A stretch of 64,000 nucleotides of DNA from a virus: IMG/VR virus record IMGVR_UViG_3300030102_006261, positions 1 through 64,000 of that record. The stretch is one strand, 5' to 3'. Position 1 is the stretch's first letter; each line of letters opens with the position of its first letter. The translations under genes and the position numbers were made by a program. Below are positions 34,273-44,930 of this stretch, piece by piece. The notes beneath the pieces are model-generated. The model saw only the letters and a list, made by a program, of their open reading frames with translations. It did not search any database and was not told where the DNA came from.

Positions 34273-36096
34273 ATGGCTACTAATAGAACAGTTACAAATA
34301 CAATGTCCTCCAGTAACGTGCTGGATGCTTATAATTTAGTAGGAACTGATGGTAGACATCAAGTTTTATTTTTAGGTGGTTTAACAGGTAATTCACCGAA
34401 TACAAATACACCTTTCGATCGAAACCGCATTTCAAACGAAATCAGTATAGTAAAACGAATAAAAAGAAATGACGTTATTCCCGTAGTTCAAAGAGTTGAT
34501 TGGACATCCGGCTCACCATATAATTATTATAACACAAGAGATGGTAACGTTGCGGATGGATCATACGCTTACTATGCCCTCGCGAGCAATGGTGTAGTTT
34601 ACTTGTGTTTAAGTAATAACGACAAAAATAGATCTGATCTTTCTTTACAGATCGCATCCACCGTAGAACCTAGTCATAGGGTGGGAATACAAAAATATTC
34701 TGATGGCTACACTTGGATGGCACTATTTAAAATTGACTACACTCTTAGCAAATTCTTAACATCAAATTGGATTCCTGTTCCTATATTAGAAAATTTATTT
34801 TCTGAGTTAAATACAGGTAACAGTCTAGTTGGACTTGCCACTGATATCTGTGGCTCTAGTGCTGGTGTTCTTGGAGCTTGTTGCTTATATAATAAAACCA
34901 AGGAATTCGATCCGATAACGTCTATCGAAATAACGGGGGGTAATCTTTTTGATTGTTTCTCATCAATACCATGTTACAGATGTAAAGAAATTTCAGATGC
35001 TCTGAATAAAGAGAGAGTTTTTATACAAGGAGCAACTTGTGCATCCTGCCCACCAACGACAGAAATACAAAGTCTAATTGAGAAGATAGACGCTAAAAGG
35101 GACAATTTTGCAAAAAATTCTACTATTATAACTCAGAGAGATATACAGCAAGACTCTGAAATCAATGACGGTAGAATATTGTCAGCGTTCATAGACTTAT
35201 CCGGAATTAGTGCCAGTAATTTGATAACGACAGAACAAAATCCTGTGGTTGATCTGAATAATGGTGGCGCTGACGGAGACGTAAGACTAAGCACATATCC
35301 AATTATAGATCCAAACGAAAGAACTCGCAAATATGTGATTGATGGAATTTTTGTAAACAATCCCGGAAACGGATATCATGTAGTAGATCCATACGTGGAG
35401 CCAGCTGGTAACTCAATCGCAGACATATTATCATCTCGATTGTTCATTAACCTTGACACAAGAGGAAGTCTCAGCAAAGACTTAGTTGAAATTTTAAATG
35501 TTAACAAATTGCTAACCAAAGTATGTCTAACATCAGAGGAAATTCAAACTCTAAATTCAAAGGCACGACACCAGAAGTTTAGTAGATTTGGAATTTTACA
35601 ACAGGTTAAGGATTCAAATGGTAGAATTATTGGTCAAGGTTTAAATACAAATGAAGGTGCAATTAAATCAGCAACTTACTTAATCACTGCCACCACATCA
35701 TCTTCCCAAACAATGCGAATAGGTGAACAGTTATCATCCGAATCGGGTATTATTCTAGCGAACGGGAATGCAAAACCATTCCAGAATAGTGGTAGAATAG
35801 TGGGTGTGGATGCAACTGGAGGCACTAATCATGTTCTAAGGATTATGACAGACAAAAAGTTATCCGTTGGAGAACAATACTATGTCAGCATTGATCCAAT
35901 ACAAGGTGGTATTCCATTCAATCCGAAATTAATTACATTAACAACTGTTAACGAACCCGATGTTGATCTTGATTTAACTGAGACTAAAGTTTTACACACA
36001 GGTAACACAAACATAGATATTCCGTTCCAGACAGAGTTCCTTTCTGGAAGCACACCAAGAAAAGAATATTGTTTCGAATTCGTAAAGGTTTTCTAA
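34273..36096 (+). CDS. gp8: Baseplate wedge subunit
   Basis: KRI...V..RVDW.SG..Y..Y, VYLCLSNN, DGY.W..LF, KFLT.NWIPVP. Confidence 0.85.
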   Translation: MATNRTVTNTMSSSNVLDAYNLVGTDGRHQVLFLGGLTGNSPNTNTPFDRNRISNEISIVKRIKRNDVIPVVQRVDWTSGSPYNYYNTRDGNVADGSYAYYALASNGVVYLCLSNNDKNRSDLSLQIASTVEPSHRVGIQKYSDGYTWMALFKIDYTLSKFLTSNWIPVPILENLFSELNTGNSLVGLATDICGSSAGVLGACCLYNKTKEFDPITSIEITGGNLFDCFSSIPCYRCKEISDALNKERVFIQGATCASCPPTTEIQSLIEKIDAKRDNFAKNSTIITQRDIQQDSEINDGRILSAFIDLSGISASNLITTEQNPVVDLNNGGADGDVRLSTYPIIDPNERTRKYVIDGIFVNNPGNGYHVVDPYVEPAGNSIADILSSRLFINLDTRGSLSKDLVEILNVNKLLTKVCLTSEEIQTLNSKARHQKFSRFGILQQVKDSNGRIIGQGLNTNEGAIKSATYLITATTSSSQTMRIGEQLSSESGIILANGNAKPFQNSGRIVGVDATGGTNHVLRIMTDKKLSVGEQYYVSIDPIQGGIPFNPKLITLTTVNEPDVDLDLTETKVLHTGNTNIDIPFQTEFLSGSTPRKEYCFEFVKVF

Positions 36097-36097
36097 A

Positions 36098-37222
36098 ATG
36101 GCAGATGACGATACTGATTACACAAAATTTCCAATAACAGCTCGGGACACAATCTTTCAGGTTGGTGATAATACTTTTCAAGTAGATAACAAGTTTCCCA
36201 TGACAGACAATCCGTATGGTAGTCGTCTTGCGAGTCAGATTGCTCTACCAATCTCAGAGAGACAGAACACCAAGAATTATTATCTTCTTGGTTTTGCTCC
36301 ACAGAGAGCACTGCAAGCTGAAGATTTAAATGAAGTCCAAGAGAGATTCATGGTCAATAATACGCTGACTCAGCAAATGTGGTCAAATTGGAATTCATTC
36401 AACAACATGCAGACATGTGAATTTGGACCTGGATGGTTTGGCACCACTCCACTATATCCTCATGTTTGGAAATCAAACATTCGTTACTTGGACGAGCTAA
36501 TTTATTCCGAGGGTAATGTAAATGAACTTATATACGAAAAACCCAAAAACTTAATTAGTATTGATCATAAGTCCTTTTCTATTGGACTCGCACAAACATA
36601 TGATATACAGCTAACTCTGAATCCAGGCTGGTATTACATAAACGATACCTACACAACGGCATCGACACACGACAGTTCTGGACTTAAGTATTGGTATTAT
36701 CTTAAAGAAACAATTCACTCAGAGGTGGTTACAGTTATAGTAACTTACAATTTAGCTCCTATAGGGTTTACGATAAGCTCTCCAACGCACCCACAGGAGA
36801 TTATAGTAGAAAATAACGGTACCATGAATGCACATGTAGAACTTCCAATTGGAATTGTTCTGGACGATCTTAACTATGTTTCTGGTGGTGAGTTCCAATC
36901 AGGTGATTCTGACTCTGGAGCTGATCGTGTCGAAGTAAAGATAAAACCAAAGTTAGGATCTGGTACTACAGATGATCTAAGAACACCATCATACATCGGA
37001 TATGTTACCTTCGAAGATATAGGTATACCGTTTATTGGTGCGGGGCAGTCTATTGGATCGATACGAGCCAAATATCTCAACAATGTAAACTTAGACCTGT
37101 CTTCCATGAACAGAGTGGATGAATCAGATGGTGGTACTGATGGTCTTGGATTAGACAGGGGCGGATCTCAGTCAAATTATGATAATACAATTCTCCCTGA
37201 TGAAACTACGGAGTTTATTTGA
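36098..37222 (+). CDS. Virion structural protein (DUF4815-like N-terminus), paralog 1
   Basis: F.P...LQA.DLNE.QE motif; shared blocks with 37222 gene. Confidence 0.65.
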   Translation: MADDDTDYTKFPITARDTIFQVGDNTFQVDNKFPMTDNPYGSRLASQIALPISERQNTKNYYLLGFAPQRALQAEDLNEVQERFMVNNTLTQQMWSNWNSFNNMQTCEFGPGWFGTTPLYPHVWKSNIRYLDELIYSEGNVNELIYEKPKNLISIDHKSFSIGLAQTYDIQLTLNPGWYYINDTYTTASTHDSSGLKYWYYLKETIHSEVVTVIVTYNLAPIGFTISSPTHPQEIIVENNGTMNAHVELPIGIVLDDLNYVSGGEFQSGDSDSGADRVEVKIKPKLGSGTTDDLRTPSYIGYVTFEDIGIPFIGAGQSIGSIRAKYLNNVNLDLSSMNRVDESDGGTDGLGLDRGGSQSNYDNTILPDETTEFI

Positions 37223-38793
37223 TGCCAGTAGATCTCCGAAAATTCCCGCTACTTGCTTCTGAAAATACAAAATTACCTCTGGATAATTTAACATACGGAA
37301 GTAGACTTAAGAACTTCTATGTGGATGATGTAGACACAAAGAATTACATCGCGACTGCATTTCGTAATATTGGGGATGTGATACAAGCAGGTGAGCTAAA
37401 CGAGATATATGAGAGACAAATACTGCACGACACGTTGACTCACCAGATGTGGTCGAATTGGTCTGCATTCATATACCCACCAGATGGGGCTCCACTTGCA
37501 CCAGCACCAACTTTTGGTCCTGGCTGGGCGGGTACTACACCATTATATCCCGGTGCATTTGATGCGAACTCACAAAAAATTACTGATACTCGTCCATATT
37601 CACAAGTTGAAGCAGCTCTTTTCTTTGAAACCGTTAATACTAATGATATTGGATCTGGTTATTTACAAGCAGATCTAAAATTATTATTTAACACTGGTTG
37701 GTATTTAATAACCGAAAACACATTTGTTACACCAAGAAGTATGGGTGAGTCGGCCGCGGCTAATACTTTATATGATAGAGTTGTGCAGGCAAGTGGATTA
37801 AAACATTGGTACTACTTAAAACAACCAATATTATTTGATATACGTTTACTGGGAGTAAATAGCACTGGTTCTGCTGCGGGCGCGGTGCCTAACGTAGAAG
37901 CTGTCATGTTTAATGAAAACACATCTTACCTAATAAATTGGCAAAATTCTACTAAGGTAGCTTTCAGTATGCAAGGTCAAGAACTTTATGATCAAGCACA
38001 TTTCAATCAACATATAAGGGACACACACGACGGTGGATATTTTGCTTTAGATTTTGCAGATAAATCACTATGTCAACATATTGATCCAGTAAATTGCGAA
38101 GAAGATCAAACACATGATTCTAATGATGGTATACCGACTGGTAGTGTGTCTGATTCAAATCCAATTCAAACCACATCGATAGTGGACGATCCACTCTTTG
38201 CAAACCCAATAAATATTAACGCATCGGATGATGGTAACTCAAGAAGAGTACAAGTAAAAGCTGTTCCAAGATTTAGAACGGCAATAAATCATAGAATGGA
38301 TCCACTTTATGCGGCCGAATCAATTACACCATTCGTCGAGGAAGGCTCCGGAACCGTAGAAGCTAGAGCGCGAACCACAAATATTGTTCTCGGTAACATG
38401 AGGTTAAATACAAATCCTGGCGGTGATCAAACGCAAGATCAAGTTCCATCTTATTCTTTATGTGTTCAGGCTGAACACAACACACAAGGCACAGCAAACG
38501 CATTCTTTAACTTGTCCACATACCTTGATACACATGCACCTAATATGGTCATTCAGGACACTTTTGATATAAATGAAGTGATAAATCTTAGAGATCAAGT
38601 GTTCCAACAAATGAAAGAGGGAGTCAAGCCTCGATTTATAAATAATGTAAGAGTGAATACGACGGTATATGATGCGGATAACGAAGGGCAAACTGATGCC
38701 AGAAATGAGTGGAATAGTCATTTTTCAGAGTTAAATGATGCGTTAGTAATAACTAAATTTAATGTAGACTTACGACAGGTAGAACCAATTTGA
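37222..38793 (+). CDS. Virion structural protein (DUF4815-like N-terminus), paralog 2
   Basis: IQAGELNEI.E, MWSNW, FGPGW.GTTPLYP. Confidence 0.65.
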   Translation: MPVDLRKFPLLASENTKLPLDNLTYGSRLKNFYVDDVDTKNYIATAFRNIGDVIQAGELNEIYERQILHDTLTHQMWSNWSAFIYPPDGAPLAPAPTFGPGWAGTTPLYPGAFDANSQKITDTRPYSQVEAALFFETVNTNDIGSGYLQADLKLLFNTGWYLITENTFVTPRSMGESAAANTLYDRVVQASGLKHWYYLKQPILFDIRLLGVNSTGSAAGAVPNVEAVMFNENTSYLINWQNSTKVAFSMQGQELYDQAHFNQHIRDTHDGGYFALDFADKSLCQHIDPVNCEEDQTHDSNDGIPTGSVSDSNPIQTTSIVDDPLFANPININASDDGNSRRVQVKAVPRFRTAINHRMDPLYAAESITPFVEEGSGTVEARARTTNIVLGNMRLNTNPGGDQTQDQVPSYSLCVQAEHNTQGTANAFFNLSTYLDTHAPNMVIQDTFDINEVINLRDQVFQQMKEGVKPRFINNVRVNTTVYDADNEGQTDARNEWNSHFSELNDALVITKFNVDLRQVEPI

Positions 38794-38803
38794 GGGAAAT
38801 TAA

Positions 38804-40957
38804 ATGGGCGTTGAAGACAATCTATTCGAAATAAATGAACTAGAGACTAGCGACACATTTCAAAGTTGGTTCACTAAAACTAACGCAGAAATCATTGCAA
38901 AGTTAAACAAACTAAAGATCTATGATCTAGAACTTTCAAACATTTCTGGTCTGAGTGGTGCAGTAGGGACTACTGCTGCTGGAACTGGTACTGCCGGTAA
39001 ACTAGAACTCAAACTATTACATACGATTCCACACGGTTTAACTCTGCAAGGTAACGCCACCATTACAGGTTCACTAGAAGCTGGTAGTTTTGCTGGTCCA
39101 AATTCATTTATTCTCAGGGGGCAGGTTGTTGACGGTGTAACCACTGCGTTTGATTTTGGTACGTTCGTTAGAATGGACTCCACAGGTCTTACTAAAGCGA
39201 AAGCAGATTCTGATACCAATGCAGAAGTTCTTGGTATGGTTACAGGAACATCTGATAACAGTATCACTGTAGCTCAGAGTGGATCAGTCACTGGTTTATT
39301 CTCACCCACAATGACAACTGGTGGTGTCTTCTTCCTAGATCCAAACGTAGCGGGTGGTTTTACAGCAACGGAACCAAACTTAGCAGGTCAAGTATCAAAA
39401 CCAGTTCTTATTGGAGGATCGGGTGATACAAACGCTGTTCTCCTATCAATGAGAGGTCAGTTACTACAAGACACTGGAACAGGTAACACTGGTGGATTTG
39501 CAACTCACAAAATTTATGTAAACACTGGATCAATTGATCACCACTTAGTTAAAGGTAAAGTGGTTGCATATAGCCCGGATACTTTAACATTCACCGATGG
39601 TAGATCTCAATTCAATGGATTCTTCCTCGCAAAGAATGATAAAAATATTGATGATACAATCGGTATTGTCACAGGTGAACCGGCTGCCGATACAATTGAA
39701 ATTACAACATCTGGACTAGCAGAGGGCATACCATCCGAGTACGGTAGAGGTAAGTTGTATGTTTCCGGTGTTACGGGTGAACTTAGAAATAATCCAGCCA
39801 CAAATCGAAGAAAACTTTTTGCGATAAATTTTGATCAATCAAATAACAACGCAATAGTCGTCAACCAAGCATCTGTCGCAGTAACGGATCTTCTTTCTGG
39901 ATCATCCCCAAACATACTAATTAACGGTGGATTTGATCTTTGGCAGAGATATCCAACTGGTGCAACAATTACAAGTGTCGATAATATCTATTCCACAGAT
40001 AGGTGGGTTCGCAACCTGAGTGCGACTGGTGCGACACTTTCAGCAGCCACATTTATCAGAAGAAAAGAATTTGATGTTGATCAAGTGGATATTAAGGGTA
40101 ACCCAAAATATTACTTAAGAACACATAATGTCATTACGGGGGCTGTAACTGGAGATCACCTACATTTTGAAAATAGGATTGAAGACTCTAGAACATTAGC
40201 AAGCGAAACTGCAACGGTAAGTGGATATGTTAGATCCGGTGCGGGTAAAGTGATTCCAATACGAATTAAACAAGTATGGAATGGTGTAACTGGATCTGAG
40301 TATAGTGGGGGAACTTTAGAATCATCCACAGATTGGGGATTCTTCAGTAGCACGTTCGATGTTCCCGGTATAACTGGAGCGTCTGCTAATCCAGAAATAA
40401 CTGGCGATCACTACTTGGCTCTTGCGTTTGATTTAACAAATGCAACAAATACTTTCCATGACTTTGCCCAGATAAAACTAGAACATGGTGACAAGGCAAC
40501 CGCCTTCTTCCCAGTCAACGCAGACGATGAACTCAGAAAATCTAGTCGATATTACCAGAGGAGTTACCGACTAGAAGAATTTACTGGTCAAGTCACCAAG
40601 GGTGGTGGTGTAGTTGACTCACACATAGTAGAATTTACACACACTCCATACAACGAAACTTCCTTCAAATATCCAGTTCCTATGAGAACTACACCACTGG
40701 TTAAACTCTACTCTCCAGACTCCGGTAATCAAGATGCATTCAACGCAGCGGCGAAAAGAGATCTCAGAAATACATCGGGAACGATAGCATTTGACGGCAC
40801 TGTTCGCATATGTGAGTCTGGTGTGACTGCCATAACTTCATTCCAAACATCCAGAATAGCCACAAGATTCAAAATTCATGCTGGAGCACATAGATTCGAT
40901 ACGATTCAATTGCACTATGTTGCGGATGCAGACTATAACAATAACGTAACAACATAA
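38804..40957 (+). CDS. Tail fibre / receptor-binding protein
   Basis: DTF..W..KTN N-terminus; two A.A...GMV..SG repeats; NILINGGFDLWQR...ELRKSSRYYQ carbohydrate-binding-like domain. Confidence 0.75.
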   Translation: MGVEDNLFEINELETSDTFQSWFTKTNAEIIAKLNKLKIYDLELSNISGLSGAVGTTAAGTGTAGKLELKLLHTIPHGLTLQGNATITGSLEAGSFAGPNSFILRGQVVDGVTTAFDFGTFVRMDSTGLTKAKADSDTNAEVLGMVTGTSDNSITVAQSGSVTGLFSPTMTTGGVFFLDPNVAGGFTATEPNLAGQVSKPVLIGGSGDTNAVLLSMRGQLLQDTGTGNTGGFATHKIYVNTGSIDHHLVKGKVVAYSPDTLTFTDGRSQFNGFFLAKNDKNIDDTIGIVTGEPAADTIEITTSGLAEGIPSEYGRGKLYVSGVTGELRNNPATNRRKLFAINFDQSNNNAIVVNQASVAVTDLLSGSSPNILINGGFDLWQRYPTGATITSVDNIYSTDRWVRNLSATGATLSAATFIRRKEFDVDQVDIKGNPKYYLRTHNVITGAVTGDHLHFENRIEDSRTLASETATVSGYVRSGAGKVIPIRIKQVWNGVTGSEYSGGTLESSTDWGFFSSTFDVPGITGASANPEITGDHYLALAFDLTNATNTFHDFAQIKLEHGDKATAFFPVNADDELRKSSRYYQRSYRLEEFTGQVTKGGGVVDSHIVEFTHTPYNETSFKYPVPMRTTPLVKLYSPDSGNQDAFNAAAKRDLRNTSGTIAFDGTVRICESGVTAITSFQTSRIATRFKIHAGAHRFDTIQLHYVADADYNNNVTT

Positions 40958-40972
40958 GTCTAGGAAAAAACA

Positions 40973-42541
40973 ATGTCATCAAGTTTTAAAAACAACACCA
41001 CAAACGTCATAAAATCTTCTACTATTGGCACCCGCATATTGGCAGAGGTTCCAATTGGAAGTATTGAAGCTGGAACAACTGCTGGTGATGTATTAAGAAA
41101 TGGTTTTTCTGGTGCAACGTCTTTTTACTTTAGAGCTGGTGCAACAAGTGCTGCTGCCGCTCGTGTGTTTGGTGTTGTTGAAACCATTCAAGACAAAACT
41201 GCAAACGTTGTTTTACAGGGGCTAATTCAGTATCCTAGCACATTAATATCTGGTGATCCCACGAGTGAAAATTTCTTCCTGAGCGCAGCAACAGCGGGTA
41301 AAGTGCAAAGCTACGCACCACCACAAGCTAGTCAAATAAATAAAAAAGTTCTCCAACAAGTCACAGTGGGTGAATTTAACGCTGCGGTTATCGGAGCAAG
41401 TGATTTTGAATCCGGAGCAAACGTAGGAGAAATTCAAGCATCAAAAACAAGTGATGCTCCAGTTGGAACAGTTTTACCTTATCTTTCAGCGTCTGGTAGC
41501 ACGGCTGTAATTCCGGAGGGATGGGTTGATGGATCGACAATGCAATATTTGTCGGTGACAGAATTCGATGAATATAACACACAGTTTGGTGATATCTTTG
41601 GATTTGAAGAAACACTAACACTGTCGTTCCCAACTTCTGAATTCGCTTCTGGTTTAGTCGGTAAGCAAGTTGTAACCGATCAGGATCACCTGAATAAACA
41701 TGATCGTAGCACTGGTGGTGCTATTGTGACTAATGTTGACACAGCAAACAATAAGTTGACAATCAGGCAAAACAAGTATGATAGAGCACAATACGCTTCA
41801 GGTGTAACCGCTGGATCAACACCACTTTATTTGTATTTTATTCCGGATGACAATAATGGCTTCTTTGAACGTGGTGAACTAATAGGTTACATCAGCTCCG
41901 GTGTACATGATAAAAATGCTACACCCCATATTAGACATAACACGAACAAAATGTCAGAGCCATTTTCTGTTAACGGAACGTATCCTCTCTATAGCACACC
42001 GGGAGCCGCACACGTAGCAAGTCCAGACACCACAGATCCTAACTTTGCGGGTAGTAATTATCATGTTCACACTGGTGCGTTTTTTGGTAGCACCTACGGA
42101 AGCCAGCAGGATCAGGGTGTAGAATTTGGAGTTCTCGCCACCCATTTCCACAGTTACTATATGCCAAATGGGCTAGTATTGTTGGATAATTTTTCTAATG
42201 ATGGTATTTACAATAAAGAAGAATTGCAATACCATGGATCTTCTGGTGGTCAGCGTCTTTATGATGGAAGTCATAACAATCCTGTAACTGACTATCTGAT
42301 CAGACCAACTGGTAATGGAATACATACACATTACACTATGAAAGTGAAAAATATTGTTGCAGTTGACATACCCACTCAGGTGACAGTGCAGACATTAAAT
42401 GTAACACACGGTTTATCGGCTGGCTCCAGTGCGAATAATGTAGCAACTAGTGACGTTGCGTTAGATGTTCAATGTCTGAAAAATAGAATACGTGATCTAG
42501 AAATTAGAATCATGGGATCTGAGCAAAGCTGTGTGCTGTAA
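40973..42541 (+). CDS. Tail fibre-like structural protein
   Basis: APVGTVLPY...IPEGW collar-like motif; C-terminal coiled coil. Confidence 0.65.
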   Translation: MSSSFKNNTTNVIKSSTIGTRILAEVPIGSIEAGTTAGDVLRNGFSGATSFYFRAGATSAAAARVFGVVETIQDKTANVVLQGLIQYPSTLISGDPTSENFFLSAATAGKVQSYAPPQASQINKKVLQQVTVGEFNAAVIGASDFESGANVGEIQASKTSDAPVGTVLPYLSASGSTAVIPEGWVDGSTMQYLSVTEFDEYNTQFGDIFGFEETLTLSFPTSEFASGLVGKQVVTDQDHLNKHDRSTGGAIVTNVDTANNKLTIRQNKYDRAQYASGVTAGSTPLYLYFIPDDNNGFFERGELIGYISSGVHDKNATPHIRHNTNKMSEPFSVNGTYPLYSTPGAAHVASPDTTDPNFAGSNYHVHTGAFFGSTYGSQQDQGVEFGVLATHFHSYYMPNGLVLLDNFSNDGIYNKEELQYHGSSGGQRLYDGSHNNPVTDYLIRPTGNGIHTHYTMKVKNIVAVDIPTQVTVQTLNVTHGLSAGSSANNVATSDVALDVQCLKNRIRDLEIRIMGSEQSCVL

Positions 42542-42558
42542 ACTAGGAGAGCTTATTA

Positions 42559-43137
42559 ATGGGATGTAACTGTGGTAAAAAGAAAAAACAACAACAGCTC
42601 AAAAAATTCAAAGAAGAAAAAGAAAAAAAATTAAGTATAAGAAAATCTTGGGTTGACTTACGTAAAGAGGTTTCTAGAAATCTTACCCTAGTTCAAAGTT
42701 TTGGTCTTTCAATGGCTTCTAGGGGGATCAGAAATAAAAAAATTGATGGTCCAGTAAAACAATTGAGAGTGTTGAGCTGCTTTGGTAATCAAGGTGTTGG
42801 TGGTGAACTGATACCGTGTGAGGGTCTAAAAGAAAGTAAAACTGAGGGAAGACACTTCTGTGGATTGTGTGGTTGTGGTGATAGATCTGGCACACACCTA
42901 ATCTCAAACGGTGAAAAATATAGTAAGTTAGATTATCCCGTCTTATCGTGTCCACTACAAATGCCTGGATTTAGTAATTACGAACCGAGCGATGAGGAGG
43001 ATAGATTACCACCAATGTCAAGAAAAGCTTATATTGACAATCGTTTAACTCCACAGGACATACAGAAAATAGAAGTTTCTGTTCCAGAAAAAGATGAAAA
43101 ATTAAAAAAAGAAATAGAAGAGCATATCAAGGATTAA
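42559..43137 (+). CDS. Cys-rich hypothetical protein
   Basis: MGCNCGK, SCFG, PC, CGLCGCGD, SCP; AGGAG RBS. Confidence 0.7.
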   Translation: MGCNCGKKKKQQQLKKFKEEKEKKLSIRKSWVDLRKEVSRNLTLVQSFGLSMASRGIRNKKIDGPVKQLRVLSCFGNQGVGGELIPCEGLKESKTEGRHFCGLCGCGDRSGTHLISNGEKYSKLDYPVLSCPLQMPGFSNYEPSDEEDRLPPMSRKAYIDNRLTPQDIQKIEVSVPEKDEKLKKEIEEHIKD

Positions 43138-43176
43138 TCATTTACTCTTATTATAAATATAAAGTAGGAGGTAAAT

Positions 43177-43983
43177 ATGGCAACTCCAGATTCTAAACAG
43201 GGGATTATTGATTATGCTTTTAGGCGACTAGGTGCGCCCGTAATCGAGATAAACGTAGATCAAGAGCAAGCAGAAGAGCGTGTTGATGATGCGTTGCAGT
43301 TTTTCTCTGAGCGACACTTTGATGGTGTTGAGAGAGTTTATTTTGCGTATCAAATAACACAAGATGATCTAGATAATAAATTCATAGACACAAATAGTAT
43401 AGGACCGGCGAACGGTTCTGGTAATGATGGTCCAACCGGAAAAGATATCTTATCAATAGTAAGGGTATTTCCTTTTGGTGACTTTGGTAACATAAACATG
43501 TTTGATGTCAGATATCAAATGGCATTAACAGACTATTTTGGTATAAATCGAGGTCTTGGTGCTAATAGTTCAATGGGTATTGCTCGATATGATTCAACAA
43601 AGCGATATATTAATCTAATTCAACAAATATTTGATCCGGAAAAAGCATTGAGCTTTAGTAAAGTAACAAATAGATTACACCTAGAAATGAATCATAGTGA
43701 GGATATTAAAGAAGGTGAGTTTATTATACTAGAGGCATACGCATCGTTAAATCCAGATGTATTCACTGAGATTTATAATGATCGTCTTTTGAAAGAGTAT
43801 GTTACCGCTCTTATTAAACGTCAATGGGGGCTCAATTTATCTAAGTTCGACGGTGTTCAGTTGCCAGGTGGAGTTACTCTTCGTGGTGGGCAGATATATC
43901 AAGAGGCACTAGCTGAGATCGCTCAATTAGAACAAAGAGTTTACTCAGAGTATGAGCTTCCATCAGACTTTATGGTTGGATAA
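43177..43983 (+). CDS. gp13: Neck protein
   Basis: RRLGAPVIEINVD.EQ...R.DDALQ.F.E.HFDG, KRQWG.NL.KF.GVQLPGG; TATAAATA 43152-59. Confidence 0.96.
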   Translation: MATPDSKQGIIDYAFRRLGAPVIEINVDQEQAEERVDDALQFFSERHFDGVERVYFAYQITQDDLDNKFIDTNSIGPANGSGNDGPTGKDILSIVRVFPFGDFGNINMFDVRYQMALTDYFGINRGLGANSSMGIARYDSTKRYINLIQQIFDPEKALSFSKVTNRLHLEMNHSEDIKEGEFIILEAYASLNPDVFTEIYNDRLLKEYVTALIKRQWGLNLSKFDGVQLPGGVTLRGGQIYQEALAEIAQLEQRVYSEYELPSDFMVG

Positions 43984-43985
43984 TA

Positions 43986-44930
43986 ATGGCAAGAAATCCC
44001 TACATACGCGATGTAAATTCAGAGCAAAAGCTTGTTGAAGACCTAACTATTGAAACAATAAAGTCAATGGGTAGGAACATGGTGTACATTCCCAGAAAAC
44101 TACAGAGTGAGGATGATTTATTTGGTGAAGATGTAAACTCCAAGTTTGACGATGTTTATGACTTGGAAATGTATATTCTCAATGTCAGTGGGTTTGAGGG
44201 TGAGGGTGATATAATTGCAAAGTATGGTTTAGAAATCAAGGATAGAGCAACTTTTGTAGTGGCAAGAAAAAGATTTACAGACGAAGTAACCGAAGCCGAT
44301 GGATCAATTGATCGTCCAAGAGAGGGTGATCTAATATATTTTCCTCTAACTAAGGCACTTCTAGAAATCAATTTCGTGGAGCACGAAAATCCTTTTTATC
44401 AGCTAGGTTCATTATATACTTTTACATTGGTTTGTGAGACATTTACTTACAATAACGAAAAGTTTGATACTGGCATAGAAGATTTAGATGACATATTTAA
44501 AGACAGGAGAAAGAAAACAAGATCTCTTGTGCTTACTGGATCCCCCATCGCAGAGGGCAGCACCGGAAGAACCGCCAGCAATTATTTCCAAGGAGAGGTG
44601 CTTTTCCAAGTCGCAGGTCAACAAGGAGATACATTCTCGAATGCATCTGCAACTGCTGATATTGTTGACTGGGATGCCAATTCTAAGACACTACTCATCA
44701 CGAATATCTCCGGAAATCTTCTGTATACCTCAAACACAGAGAGTGTCAAGGGTGCCTCATCTGGAGCGGAGTACCTGATAACCACAGACGCAACCGCAGA
44801 TATAATAATACAGCACAACATAGAGGACAATGAGTTCTTTGGTGACAATGAATCAATTGAATTGGAAGGAAACATCGATAATATTATTGACTTCAGTGAC
44901 TCTGATCCATTCTCGGAGGGCAATTTCTAG
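43986..44930 (+). CDS. gp14: Neck protein
   Basis: RPREGDLIYFP, FVEHENPFYQLG, DFS..DPF. Confidence 0.95.
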   Translation: MARNPYIRDVNSEQKLVEDLTIETIKSMGRNMVYIPRKLQSEDDLFGEDVNSKFDDVYDLEMYILNVSGFEGEGDIIAKYGLEIKDRATFVVARKRFTDEVTEADGSIDRPREGDLIYFPLTKALLEINFVEHENPFYQLGSLYTFTLVCETFTYNNEKFDTGIEDLDDIFKDRRKKTRSLVLTGSPIAEGSTGRTASNYFQGEVLFQVAGQQGDTFSNASATADIVDWDANSKTLLITNISGNLLYTSNTESVKGASSGAEYLITTDATADIIIQHNIEDNEFFGDNESIELEGNIDNIIDFSDSDPFSEGNF

